DNA of 64,000 nt from Camelus ferus (taxonomy: Eukaryota). The stretch lies in assembly GCF_009834535.1 (NCBI RefSeq), contig NC_045696.1, forward strand, positions 100,690,001 to 100,754,000, given 5' to 3'. This document shows, piece by piece, positions 47,529 to 60,907 of the stretch. Position numbers and translations under genes: made by a program. The notes under the pieces are model-generated. The model was given only the letters and a program-made list of their open reading frames with translations, searched no databases and had not been told where the DNA came from. Position 1 is the first letter of the stretch. The number at the start of each line of letters is the position of its first letter.

Positions 47529-49799
47529 AAAAAAAAATGCCAACTCCTTTCCTGCTTAAGGAACTTTGCACCTTTTGATTCTTTCCCAGAAACACTTCTC
47601 CATAGATGGATCATTCCTACATTTTAATAATTTTACTTTCTACTTTTCCTAAAGCTCTTCTGCAATCACCCTGTATTATTAACCCAGCAGCTTATATTTT
47701 CTTACCTACAGTTACCAAAGTTTACAGTTATTTATTTTTTACTGCTTGGTTTTTAAAAGGGTACCACATTGGAATGGAAATTCCATTAGACCAGAATCCA
47801 TGTATGTCTTCTGCATTTTGTTCCAGTGTCATGGAGAAGAAATTTCACAATTATTATTGAATGGATATATTGATATACAAATGTCTAAATATTCTTTTTT
47901 TTTCCTGGAATATGATTTAAACATTTATCAGTACCTACTTCTTTTCTGGAACCTATTTCTTTAATGGTAATTTGAATATTTTCTTTAATATTTGTTGTAT
48001 ATTCTCCTTTAAGTGCACCAGTCCTCCTGAAATAAGTTTTATTTTCAGTAGCTATTATTATCCACTACTTCCTTAGTCCATTTTTTCCTTCTGCAGTCAT
48101 TTTAATCACTTGTCGCTTTTGTCCGTGTTAAAAAAATTGGCAACAGCTATATCTATTCTATTCTTTGTTATTCACAGCTGTGATATATTTATCTTCAATC
48201 TGTTTCACTCCATCTTAAGTCTCCCATTTTATCTCACTTTTTTGTTCTGTTATATCAATTTTGGCTCCATTATATTGAATTTATGCAAAATTCTGGATTT
48301 TCCTATAGTTTCAAACATTTGTGGATTTTTTTCCTATATCTCATTTCAAAATGGGTCTTGATTTTTTTTTTTTTACTATGTCCTCTCTTGACCTGTTTAT
48401 GATATCTTTGTGTAGGTGTCTTGTGATTAATTTACTTGCATCTGATATGAGTGACTCAATGACCCTTAATCAATTTTTCATATAATGTGGATGAAACTAT
48501 TACATTCCTTTTGACAGCAAAGGAAACTTGTTTTCATTGCATTTCTTTTATTTTTGGACTCTACAGTTTATGTTCTATTTGTTTTTCTCTGTCCTGAAGG
48601 AGGTGTGGTTGGATACGGGGATGTTTGAAGGGATAGCTCAGACTACATTCTGATAAGTTTCAGCTGCTAAACAGGATTCTTTTCTTGTGCTCTTTTATGA
48701 AGTCCCTTAAAATGTTTGGAAGTATCCTAGGGTTTGAAGTATTTGACCAATTTTGAATGATGCCCTTTGCCATCAACAAGCCCCAAGTATTCAAATGATC
48801 ATTCTAACTTACTCTCATTCTCCGAGTCTTGTCCATTTTTATCCCAGCTTGTAGTGAAACAGCAATCAGAGAAACGTGTAAGTAACATCTTCATTGCTAT
48901 TAGTCAGCATCTGGGAACAGAATTTCCTCTGGGGCTTTTTCTCTGTATATTTCTCCTTCTGGTAGCTACTCCAGAGGATTTACTTCTATTTCTGTCTTTT
49001 CTTCTGCTAAACCCTGGTGAAATGTGTAGTTAGTTCTGAGTAATTTTTATTATTCAACCCTTATTTTACAGATTTAATTTCACTTAAAATATAAAAATCT
49101 GTAAGGCTTGCCTGAGACAAGGGACACCAAGAGTGAACTAGTATAGACAAGTAAAGATGTCATAACAAGCCTATCTGAATCCACAATCCAATTCTACCAA
49201 CTACTAACTATTCAAGTAAAATAACTACCCCTCTCCTTGTAACCTCACAGGTATTTCTGAGCATTTCATGAGTAAATATATATACAGTGAGTATACTTGA
49301 GTTTATAATAATGTCAGCTCCTAAAAATTATATTGAAGAATCATTTGACTACAGCAACTACCTATGATAAGAACAGAAAAAAGAGAAACCAGAAGTGTTC
49401 CTAAGAAACCAATTATGTAACTTAAAATGGTGGAGGAATTAGTTCTGAAGAAGAAAACTTTCTATATTCTGGACTTTACTTCCTCATACCTAGGAAATAT
49501 TGCAATAATGTGTGAAGAATAGACAACTAGGTGAACCCAAGCTTTTGAATGCCAAAAACTTCAAGGAGAAGTGAGACCAAGCAACGGAAATAACCAAAGT
49601 GGTGAAAGGATTCTGGAGGTGATAAATCTGAAGATTGCATAATGCGCCCTCTTGTTTTCCATCATACTGCAAAGCACGTAGCTAAAAATTTTAGTTTATT
49701 CTCCACAAACATGAACAACAATCAGAAATAAATACAAATAGACGCTAGTCTAAAAGAACCAAAAAGTGAAAACAAATGAATAAAGATTTAAAAAAAAAA

Positions 49800-50510
49800 A
49801 AGTGAAATGAAAAAGGAAACATAGAAGAGATGACCAGACAACAAAAGGTGATGGCTAGACGAAAGAGTAGAAAGTAAAACATGAACTGGCAGAATTCAAG
49901 AAGGAAATTAAAAAGAGGCTTGCAAGAGCAGTAAAGGCAAAATTAGTCGTACTATGGAGAACAGACAGTGTGGAAAGCACAATGGAGTACATAAAGAAGA
50001 GACAGATGATAACTCACTCGAACTAAAAGGAAACAGAAAGAAAGAAATAAGAGGTATAAGGTGAAAATGTTAGGTATAGATTACAAAGGAAATCTATCAA
50101 ATAATTATCTGGAGTGCATAAAGAAGAAAAACTAAGACAATGGACCCGAACATATATTTTAAGATGCAAATCAAAGAAAACTTTTCTGAAAAAAAAATAA
50201 ATAAATAAATAAAAACCAGTTGAAATGACATATTTAAGTGGCAGATATGTACCAGGGAAAATTAAAATTGAATAGTTAAGAGTAAGACAAGATTAATAAT
50301 GCATAAATTTATTAAAATTTAAACATTAAAAATAAAAAAAGTCTTTTGGGCAGCAAAGTATTTTTTAAGAAATGAAATTGCTCTAACTAAGATAATCATG
50401 ATGCTATATAGACTTCTTTCTAGCACTATTCAGTGCAAAAAGACAATAGAGCCAAACATAGTAGGCACTCAGGGAAAGAAAGTCTGAGACAGAGATTTTA
50501 CATCAGTAAG
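49800..50510 (+). mobile_element. HAL1/L1 ORF1-like ancient fragment
   Basis: A-rich coiled-coil-like decay with aaagaaaacttttctgaa, gtaccagggaaaatt and agacttct..agca..actcagggaaagaaag..agagattttaca motifs. Confidence 0.55.
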
Positions 50511-51929
50511 TCCAACTGCAGTAAATACATTTACCATTCTATTTTTAAACCTTTTGTTTTAGAATGCAAATGTAATGACAGGAGTGAGAAAAGAGAACAT
50601 AAATGAAAGGAGGAAGAGGGAAGGTGGAAAGTACAATAAGCTCACTGATTGCCATACATGAGCCTTAATCTTAAAAGATTCTACTGAGATACATTGCAAA
50701 AACATAACAGTGGTGATTTTTCAAATCGCAGAATGAGAAGAAGGTATAGGGAAGGCAAGTTACTAAAATTCCTTATGTAATTGTTCAGAATATATATTCA
50801 ATGAACACTACCACGCACACACACACAAACAATAATGGCAAACAGGACTTTTAGAGTAATAAATATAAAGACATATTTAGAAAAAAATAAAGCTTACCTA
50901 AATATTGGAAAAGCTACAAACAAATGCAGAGAAAATAGACCACATAATAAAAGACATGGAAGTGAGAAAAAAATAGCCCTTAACTGGAACTTTAAGAAAA
51001 TTTTTTATAAGTACAATAGATATGTTTGACTAAAAATTTAAACTTTAATTTATTCTTAATGCTCAAGTTCTGATTAATATACAAATACATATTTGATATC
51101 ATACACAGATTCTATTTATGAAGCACTCTGATTAACTGATCATCTGTTTTTCAGCAGAGGAATATATTCAATTATTTTAATTGGCCTTTAATTTAAATAA
51201 CAAGTGCCCAGTTAGTATGACTTATTTTCTCAATAATTTGTGCATGGTCATTCAAATGTTTAAAAAAGACTTGAGCAAAAAGAATACATAATTTGGGACC
51301 ATAAAATGAGTAGGTCCATAATTATAAATATGATTTGCTTGATATAAGTTATGAACAAAGACTATATTATTTATTTTAAAGTGTAAAAATAAACTGCATT
51401 GTATTTTGAAACCTATATGTTATTTTGAACTTTTATGTATATGATAAATAGATTTAAACATAATCTGACAACTGGACATATTTAGAGGATTTCTTGATAT
51501 TTTAATAACATTGAAATCTAAATAATTTATATATTATTAATTTCACCACTTACTGAGGGACCAGAGGCCATCTATTTGACCAACATAAATCTCAGGTTTT
51601 TCATCTGTAAAATGTAAATAATAATACCTACCTAATTGATGAGTAGTACATACACATTTTGATAATTGCTATTTTAATAGTAATTATTAATCACTATATG
51701 AAACAGCTAACTTCTATTCCTTTGTAGAGTTTATATGTGTGTACAAGCATGTATCATGTGTGTTCAGTTGTTCATAAAAGTTGTGAGAAACCAAAATACT
51801 AATATTATAAATTAAATTTTAGGTATCTGTTTAAAACTCTCATTCTGCACAGCATTGCATTCTCACTTGCTAGCACACTTTTATAACTTCTTATGAGTGA
51901 TAGAAGGAAAAATTAAGTTATATTATTAG

Positions 51930-52160
51930 AAATAGTAGCTCACAGAATGCTCACTATGTGCTATACTTTTAAAGTGTTGTCCATGTAACAATTCATCCAT
52001 TTCAAGTAGTGAGATTCTATTTTATTTCTTCTGATTACTAATGAGGAAACTGAGTAGAAAGGATGCTGAGGATTTTGCCAAGGTTATGCACCAAGTAAGT
52101 GATAGTTTGTGACAACATAAATGGACTTATTACAAAGCCCTCATCCTTAGGGACTATGCT
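51930..52160 (-). mobile_element. MIR SINE
   Basis: gaatgctcactatgtgc...atgaggaaactgag..gattttgccaaggttatgcac. Confidence 0.75.
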
Positions 52161-55100
52161 CTGTTGGAAGAAGATTAAAGACATTGAACTTGTGGATTGA
52201 ATGGGTTTGAGCAGCAGGCATACTTTTAGGAAGTAGAGGCTGATCACTTCAAGTATTTAAGGCAAGTTACATCAAAATTATGTAGAGTTTGTATAAAAAT
52301 TTACCTTGGGAAATGAATATCCTCGAGAATTCTTTATTATTTCTCCCCTCAGACTTAGACTATTTTAGACTCACAGACAATGGCCTAGGAGAAAGAGGAC
52401 TTAACTGAAATTAGTCAAGAACTAGTCTAAACACTCTTACTCCTGGTTAACTTAGGAGGTGTGTTTCTCTGATATTGTTTTATGTAACTTCTAAACTTTA
52501 GTTTTTTTCATTTCTGACATGGAAAAGAGCTAGCCTCTAATGAAAAGTCTGTTTATCTCTAAATCTTATAACTTAAACATATGTTTTATAAATAAATACT
52601 TAGGGTAATAAAATAAGCATTGTTATTCTAATAACATACATATAAAATATCTTTCAGCAAATGGGTATATTTAAGGATGCAGTGGCTCATATTAAAGGAA
52701 AGCAAATTAGTTGTCACCTGATCATGTTCTCACAGTCCTTTGTAGATTCTCCTCTATTCATATTAGAGTTTCTCTGGGCCCTGTAGATCCGTATCTTCTC
52801 CTTCAGCACACCCTCCTTAGATAATTTGCTTAATAATTGCTCTATAATTAGTGATATCACTATAACTTCAAAATGTAATCTCTCTTTGAACTGAAGACTT
52901 GACCATGCAGGAAATTACTCATTGTTGCATAAACATCTCCCAAGCATCTGAAACTTCTCAGGTCAGATACTCTATCAGATGCTGAATGCAGAAGACATGT
53001 CAGTTATTTTCATAGAGATAATCTAATACTGTGAATTTTCATCCTGGAAGTTTGCAAAGGCAATAATTGAATCCTGGGGTGACATAGAGAAAGTTCATGC
53101 AGAAAGCAGCTATCTCCCCTAGGGGAGTATATAATAGTAGTTCATGTACAGGTTACAGTAATGACAATGGAAATAAAAATAAATTAAAAGATGTTTAGAA
53201 AGCAGAATTAATAGAGTTTGGCATTTGAATGTGGAGAAGAAAGAAAGAGAAGGTAAAGATAATGATGTTTAGATTTTAGCTTAATAAACTACTGCATGGA
53301 TCACACGACAAGGAGCAGGTTTTTGTGTCTGCTTCCACGTTTAAGGGGCTTTAGATTTTCAGCTTTGTTCAAGTCCACCTGGATGTTCCTATTCCCAAAT
53401 CCCACTCCTGCCACCTGAAATCTCACATGGACTCTAAGGCAGCAAATTCAACATACGTAATTCTGGAACTAGCACAATTAAAATGTGGGTCTGATGTTCA
53501 GGAAAGTTGCCCCTGTGTTTACAAGATAAAAGGGATTATTTTAGGGTTACAAAATAAACTCTCTGCTTCTCTGATGTTGACTTAAACTGGGAGTTTAAAG
53601 CCCTGAGCTATTTATTTCATTTCTATTAGTTCTAATACAAAGTTAAAAACAGACATCTCTCCTCCAGGCTTCTGGATTGTAAAAGGTATGAAAGGACCTC
53701 CTTTTCTTCTATAATTAGAACAAGCAGTAAAGTCAGAAGAGAGTGGAGACTTACGAAAGGGGGCTACAATGAAGGGTGGAAATCATCAATAGAAAAATTT
53801 TAATCTGTACTATTTAATTTTAAATAAATATTTATGTCATTAATGCAATTAAATTAGCATTAGTATTTTAAAGAGTTATGCAAAAATACATAAAAGTTTG
53901 AAGGAAAATCTTATTTCTTGAACACAGTGCCACAAAAGTCAGCAGCCTATTCAAATAGACGTAAGATGTTGAGATGATTTAATTTAGAAATGTGCTGTAC
54001 TTTTTCTGTTCCTGGGAAAGATTTTAGAGATATAATATGTTCATTCCTGTTATCAAGACACTAGCCATTTCTCTTTTGTTTTGATTTTTACATTTTTCTT
54101 TCACCATACTTATGTTTTTTTTAATTATTATTTTCTCAAATTATCTTCAGAAACACTTGGAGAAAAATTTTATCTATGTGAATATCTACATATAATCTAC
54201 ATCTTTTTCTCACTCTGTCATTATGCATACTTTAGCTGGAGTGAACTCACGTCTGTTCCTTTTAAAGAAATGAGTGTAATAAACTTAGAGATATTGGATT
54301 TTAAAAAATGGTGTGAGAATTGAATAGACATCTATTATGATGGTGAAAGTAGAATTTCAGCAGCAAATGCAATCTTCACCTATAAAGAATCACTGAGTGG
54401 CTAGGAAGAATTACTAAGTAAGAGAAATGAAAAAGGAGAATTCTTTCAGAAGAGAGATGGTAGATCTGAAATATTACCTTAATTATGTAGCACATTTTCT
54501 CAGAAACTCTAAGCTGTTAGACTCCCATGTCTGCCCTTTACCCACTTTACTTAATTAAACATAATGACATGGTTTTCTGTAGGTTTCAGGTACTATTACT
54601 GACTTGTGTAGAAGAGGACATTGAGGGATGGAAGGTTATATAACTTAACCAAGCTCAAGCCATTTCAGTGGGAGGGCAAGAAACTTCAGGTCCATTATTC
54701 CAGGTTCCTTTTACAAACCCAGAAAACTAATAGGTACTTTTTAAATACTTGGGATGACTTGAACATGATGAAGCTTAAAATAAAATAATAGGCTGTAACT
54801 TTCTAATTATAAAATGTGAAAAATATAGCAATGTTTTTTGAAATGAAAAAAGAAAATGAGAAAATTTAAAAATAAACCTCTCATTGAATGTTACTCATGT
54901 CACTGTGTTCTTTATATTCAAAATGAACAAAGAATAAATCAATAAAACATTTTAAAGAGACCTCTATTATTTTTTAACTCATATCAATGCTTTATATTAA
55001 TTATGGGCCCCATATTAACCAAGACTTGTCTTCCATAGCTTTACTCTAGGGGATTCTATCTTTGTTTAGATGCAAGATTTATTTCAAACAAAATAAATCT

Positions 55101-57977
55101 TGGGCACATAAAGTGTTATAGGAAGACCCAGTGTAGATTTGTTTTTTCTGTGTAGTGAGCAGCTGTCAAACAGAGGAGAAAACACAAGTAAACTCTTTGA
55201 TTTCCAAGTATTATTTTTTTTAAAGTAACATTTAGAGTGGAGAAGTTGTCATGCAAATGACCTATTTAAATCCCCAATATTTACTGTAGGAGGAAAACTT
55301 GTGTAGAAATAGAAGCATGGACTTTTTGAAATCAGATTGATTCAGATATGATCTGTGGTTCTTTAGTCACATGAAATTATCCAACTTTTCAATGAATAGT
55401 TTTAGCATCCATTGATAATTCTTGTCCAAATATATTCTTTCGTTGAAAAGTCATAAAGTGATCATTTTTTTCTGATTAGACAATTAGGTTATTACAGGCA
55501 TTTTCTTATTCTCTTACATAAAAGTCTAAGATATTACCCTATAAAATGTCCAAAATAGTTTGAAATTATAGTACTGCTCTTACTGCTAACATTAAAATCA
55601 TTAAGTGAAGTTTAAACTCATTTTGTATTGTTTATAGGCAGCATAAAGTGTACATTTGGATTGCTTCCAATTTTTTATAATGAATATGCAGAATGGTGCA
55701 CATATAGTTGATTACTTTTGAAGGGGACTCTTCAGACTTCAGTCTCAGAAGTTTAACTGACAGTTAAAAGGTAAAATAAATATTATAATATGATATAATA
55801 TAATATAAAAAATGAACACAATTTCCCTTTATTTTGACTCTCCAGTCGATTTTAGAAAAATAAATCATATTCCTCTGGAATTGATATTTTACTGATATCA
55901 TCTGCATTCCTCCAGTATCAGGACCCCCATCATGCTCCTCTCTTTGTGCAGTCTTTGCTTTATTTTTTGCTGCAATGTGTTCGCTGCATGTCAATGTTTT
56001 ACTTCTTTACTTACATATAAGTGAAAATGTCTAGTATATGCTCTCTCTTTGGTTTGCTATTAGTGTGGGCTCTGGATGATTTTACTTTCTCTCTATATTC
56101 ATCTGTATGCTTTTCAAAGAGACTTCAATTGTTAGAGGCTATTATACTGGAAGCTGTCCTCATTTTAAACATCAGTGCTTTTAAACACAACTGTGAACTC
56201 AAGTTCTCCGCTTGGTATATTGTCCATAATTTGTTTGTCAATAGGTCTGTGCACACTGATTCAGCTCTGCTTTCCCTTTGTCACTAATCTTTCATGTAAT
56301 TCTAGTTACTTGACCCAATGTTGGAGATATTTATTTATAAAATTCAAAATAAAAATATCAATTAAATTTCCTTTCAAATATACTTTCAGCTGACCCATTT
56401 TACTAGCCTTGATCTAGGAGAGTTAGTCATAAAATAGTAGTTAGGCCGTGCTGGCCTGTAAGTTCATAAATATTAGTTTATTATACCAGTAATATATTAC
56501 TCTTAGGTAACACTTCAAGGTCTATTGTTTATAATATCGCCTGTGGACAGTGAATAATAAAAAAGATAATTAGGATTTAGGAATGGTAGATATACTTGCT
56601 CTTTTAGAAGTTAATTAGAAAAGATAAGAAAATTGTGGGATTGATCAGATTACTTTCTATCCATTAATACAACCTAGAATAACTTTTTGCATGTGGAGAC
56701 AGAGAAGAAAAAAGCAAAGACTATTAAAGAATATAAAAAATTATGACAGACATTTGAAACAATACAAAGCTTTCATAAAATTCAATGTTACAAAGTAATA
56801 CAATGCCAAGACTACTGAGAATATTCTTAAAAGCAAAAAAAGTTAAGGAAATAGATGGGAGATACAAAGTATGAATGCCACAGAATATTTTTAAGGTTAA
56901 TATGTATGTTAGTCTCATTGTTAGGTAGTAAAACTTACATTAGATGGAATTCAAGTAAATATTGATAGCTATTTGGTTGATGCTGAATTCCAATAAATAC
57001 ATGAACTTCACCAACTTTTGTTTTTAACACAGTGATAAATAGATAATCAACATTCAGTTTGTCTTATAAATTTATTTAATATTGTTACAATTTAAATCAA
57101 AAGACAAAGTAGAGGGCTTGCATTCTTGTTCTAGCAAGTGACTAATAATTATAGCATCATATGACTCACATAACAGCTTTGCCAAGTGATTTATTTTTGT
57201 TAAGGTTTTCTGCAAAGATATTTTTATATTTACTTATAAAACATTCTGGCTACTAATCTTGTGTGATATGAATAAGAAGCAGAAATTTGTGTCATGCATG
57301 AAACACAATGCTATTAGTCATATGTTATTAAATAGAAGTCTGGCATTTAAGGTATTTCCAGCATATACCCATTATAAATTACAGAAAAGAAGATGTGAAG
57401 TATATAGAATGTTTATATACACTATTATATGCTGGCTTATAAATATCTAAAGAGATAGGTTTCAGGTTCCTCTTTCAAGTGGTGAGTTAATGGGTAGCTG
57501 ATTCACTCTGAGGATAAAATTATTTTTAGGTGAATTATTACTCAAATGTTAAGCTTTATGTCATAATACTTATCCTGAGTAGCACAAATTGAACTTTCAA
57601 AATATTTAAAAGCTTCTTAACAGGTTCTGCTCAGAGCAGATTAGATGATCTACCGTCTGAACATTGATGACTTAATATCCTCCTTGATATCTCAGCATTT
57701 TATATTGATGCACACTTAATTCTCTTTGATAACTTCAGATTCTTGATTTCTAGTACATCAATCTCTCTTGATTTCTTTTTTTTAACTACTTCTCTGTTTA
57801 CTCCTTTTTTTTATTACTCTTTTTAAAATTATTTTCCTCTAGTTAGCCAACACATGTCAAAGTAGCTCCCTAGCCAGCTTGTCTTAAAAGAGGTTTACTG
57901 GCTCTAGGAAGGTAATTTAAACCAAGGCATGGATAAAAAATTTCCAGGAACCAGTGACTCAAAAATGGTTCTCCAAT

Positions 57978-58378
57978 GGTTGAGGGCTAAATCTTTGTGT
58001 CCCTCTAGAATTCTTATGCTGAAGCCTTTACCCCACTGTGGCTATATTTGGAAATATATGTTCCTTTAAGGAAATAATTAAGATTAAATGAAGTCACATG
58101 AGTGGTGTCCTGAACCAACAGAGTTGATGGCCTTATAAGAAGAGACTTAAGAAAACTCGCTCGCTCTCTCTCCAAGAATACACTAAGGAAAGGCAGTGTG
58201 GAGACATACAGAGAAGGCAGCCATCTGCAAGACAGGAAGAGAGCTCTCGCTAGTAACTGAATCAGGTAGAACCTTGACCCTGGACTTCTAGGCTCCAGAA
58301 CTGTCAGAAAAAAATTTCTGTTGTTTAAGATGCCCAACCTATGGAATTTTGTTATGGTAGACAGATCAGACTAATACA
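57978..58378 (+). mobile_element. MLT1A-type solo LTR (full length)
   Basis: 5-bp TSD ccaat/ccaac, TATA cttataag at 58132-58139, donor position ccagaact|gtcag at 58302/58303, ends gactaataca. Confidence 0.92.
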
Positions 58379-58491
58379 CCAACCATGGCCTCTTTTCTGA
58401 ACATTCATACATTTGCACCCTTGCTGTCAGACTTTATTTACATCAGGTTTTTTTCCATCATCCTCTTTCCTGCTGTAGGGTCTGTGCATGT

Positions 58492-58492
<1 letters not shown>

Positions 58493-58522
<30 letters not shown>
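58493..58522. repeat. (CA)15 microsatellite
   Basis: Direct read. Confidence 0.95.
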
Positions 58523-58524
<2 letters not shown>

Positions 58525-59513
58525 GAGAATGGATTCATTCGTGCAAAGACTGCGTCTGACTTATTCCCTTTAGTATCTCAATTGTATAATAGTGGTTCAC
58601 AGAATGTGTTTCTTTATTATCAGATATCCTAGGCAAAGTTGGAATTTATGCCCCTGTATTTGCAGTTTTACTCAAATGTTTGAGGTCACTGCGTAGGTTG
58701 AGTTTCTATGGTAAATCCCCCTAGAAGTTGGGTAGGTCAACATGCATAGCCTTCCTACAATTTTGTAGCTACATCAAATAGACAATGCTGCTATATTATA
58801 AAATACATATGAAATTCACTCTTTTCTAAAAGAGGCAACATTAATGTGTATGATGTTATCATTTAATATGCCTATTTTCTCCTATGCAAATAATTGCATA
58901 CTCAAGTGGTCAAAATCTGAAGCCTACATTCTACATATCGTAAGTAAATTAACATAATCTTGTCATTTTGTTTGAGTAGAATGGCTAAATAGAATCTCTA
59001 AATATCATTCAGGTATTTATTTACTAAATCCAGTGCTAACATCAACCTTTGTATATCTAAAATTAGGAGTCATTGACTGGAATTTAGTATATTTCAGTAT
59101 AGTCTTGAGGACCTCAGGAACTCTTGCAAGTCTCCTTTTCCTCACAAAATGAAAACATGTACTATATTAATTGTAAGAGCATTTTTAATCTGAGATCTAA
59201 AGGCATACTGTCCACCACTCTTAACTTTTCCTATGGCTTCCTAAGCCATGTTAGCCTCAATTTCTGGTGACTTGGAGTACAATGGATCATCTCTCACATT
59301 ATTTTTGTTTTCTACTTCCCTTTATTTACCTGTGTAACTGTCTAGCTGTTTCCTCTATTCTTTCTCTGAGCCTCATAAAAGCATTTGCTGTTGGTTGAAT
59401 ATATATTAATTATTCATGTTCATATTTTAAAACCAGGTATGAAGAAACATTAATACTTCTATTAAAACTCTCATTAATCATATTTTTCATTTATTGATTT
59501 CTCAGTTTATACC

Positions 59514-60065
59514 TTTGGTGATTTTAATATATGTCGTCAAATAATTTGACATTTCTCCCCGTTGAAAGACAGAGTCCCTGTCCCCTTTCTTGAAACTGGG
59601 TGGGCTTACGACTGTTTCGCTGATGGAGTGATGATATGTGAAACGGGGGTACCAGTCATAAAAGTCCAGGCAGCTTCTGTCTTGTTCATTCAAATATTCA
59701 CTCTTGGAGACTGAGCCTCCATGTAAGAAGTCAGACCATCCTAATGCTACCAGGTCAGAGAGGTCAAGTGTAAGTGCCCCTGTTAAAGGTCCCACTGAAC
59801 CCATCCTTTGGTTGTCCCAAGCCAAGTGCCAGGCACTGAAATGAAGAACCTATTTTGGAAAAGTTTCCTTTAGGTATTGCTGTTCTGTGCCTAGTTGTTC
59901 AAGGCACCCAACTGAGTCATCTGAGTGGAAGCCCCAGATATGTAGCAGAGAGAAGCTATACCCATTGTGCCCTGAATTCCTCAATCACAGAATCGGTAAA
60001 CATAATAAAATAGTTGTTTTATTCCCTTATATTACGTATGATTTGTTTACTCAGACAATATCTTT
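59514..60065 (+). mobile_element. MLT1(G/H-like) LTR
   Basis: tttgacatttctcccc..cttgaaactgggtgggctta.gactg..ccatgtaagaagtc.gac..cctgaattcct..cacagaatc..cataataaaatagttgtttta. Confidence 0.82.
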
Positions 60066-60907
60066 GAAGGATCAGTGACTATTATTAACAAAAGAGAAAT
60101 ATGTTCTTCTCCTGAAAAGTTAAATATCTTCAGATATACAGTCCAATCAAATAAAAAAATTTAAATATATACTAGTGAAATTAAATAGAGCCATGCCACA
60201 GTGCAGATTTCCAGTATTTAAAGCCATTGACTTTATAATAATTGAGTAAAATCAGTCTTTTTGAGAAAAGCCAGTTGAAAACACATGCTTTCAGCTATAA
60301 ATATGTATACAATTATACAATTGATTCTTCTTATTTTAACTGATAAGAGTGCAACATGATTATTAATTGTAATGACCATCACCTTTATGATCTGGGAAAA
60401 TTGCGAAGTTTCTATTTCAGGAAATAATTTATTCATTTTAATGTAAAAGTTTGTAAGCTACTCTACTATCATTATAAAATATTATCTCAGAAAATTATGC
60501 TATGAAATGTCTGACAAAAAATAGATTAAAAAAAATGGAGTCATTAATATGTCTGAAATCCTATGATCTCCTGGAAAGAGAAGACCAAATGTCATAGTTT
60601 TAAACCTTTGGATATTTTCTGAAATTAAAGTTACACAGAAGAAATTGCTGATATTTCTACATTTCATAGATAAGCACTTTAACTTTGTTCCCTGTAGTTC
60701 AAAATCATTTCTTTAAATTGAGTATCAGAAATTGAATAAATGATTTACAATGGTCTGGATATTTTAAAACTTGTTAATATGCTCAAATTAATTCTATAAT
60801 TTTTTACCAGCAACATAGTTGTGTTAATTTCTTACAAAACTCTTACAAGTCTTGAGGATTACGAAGTTTTTATTTTTTGCTGTATTAAAATGTGAAAAAA
60901 AATTAAT

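Larger units (their letters stand above)
46561..47532 (+). pseudogene. FANCC: processed pseudogene (retrocopy) of a chimeric, 3'-truncated FANCC transcript
   Basis: Translation (I)[11 protein letters not shown].. / ..[67 protein letters not shown] / ..KGLGYAPADYYLGLLKNMV..NGFDTQK matches the recalled FANCC N-terminus (~aa 1-174). No introns. ATG mutated to ATA (46757-46759), frameshifts, stop at 47050-47052. AATAAA at 47489-47498, A9 at 47529-47537. TSD aaaaaagttaactccttt (46543-46560) / aaaaatgccaactccttt (47533-47550). Confidence 0.93.
45920..47870 (+). mobile_element. L2 LINE interrupted by the FANCC retrocopy (46561-47532)
   Basis: L2-like on both sides. ..ttacacactgatttgcatatcttt|aaaaatgccaactcctttcctgcttaaggaactttgcac rejoins a continuous L2 sequence when the insert is removed. 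Confidence 0.7.
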
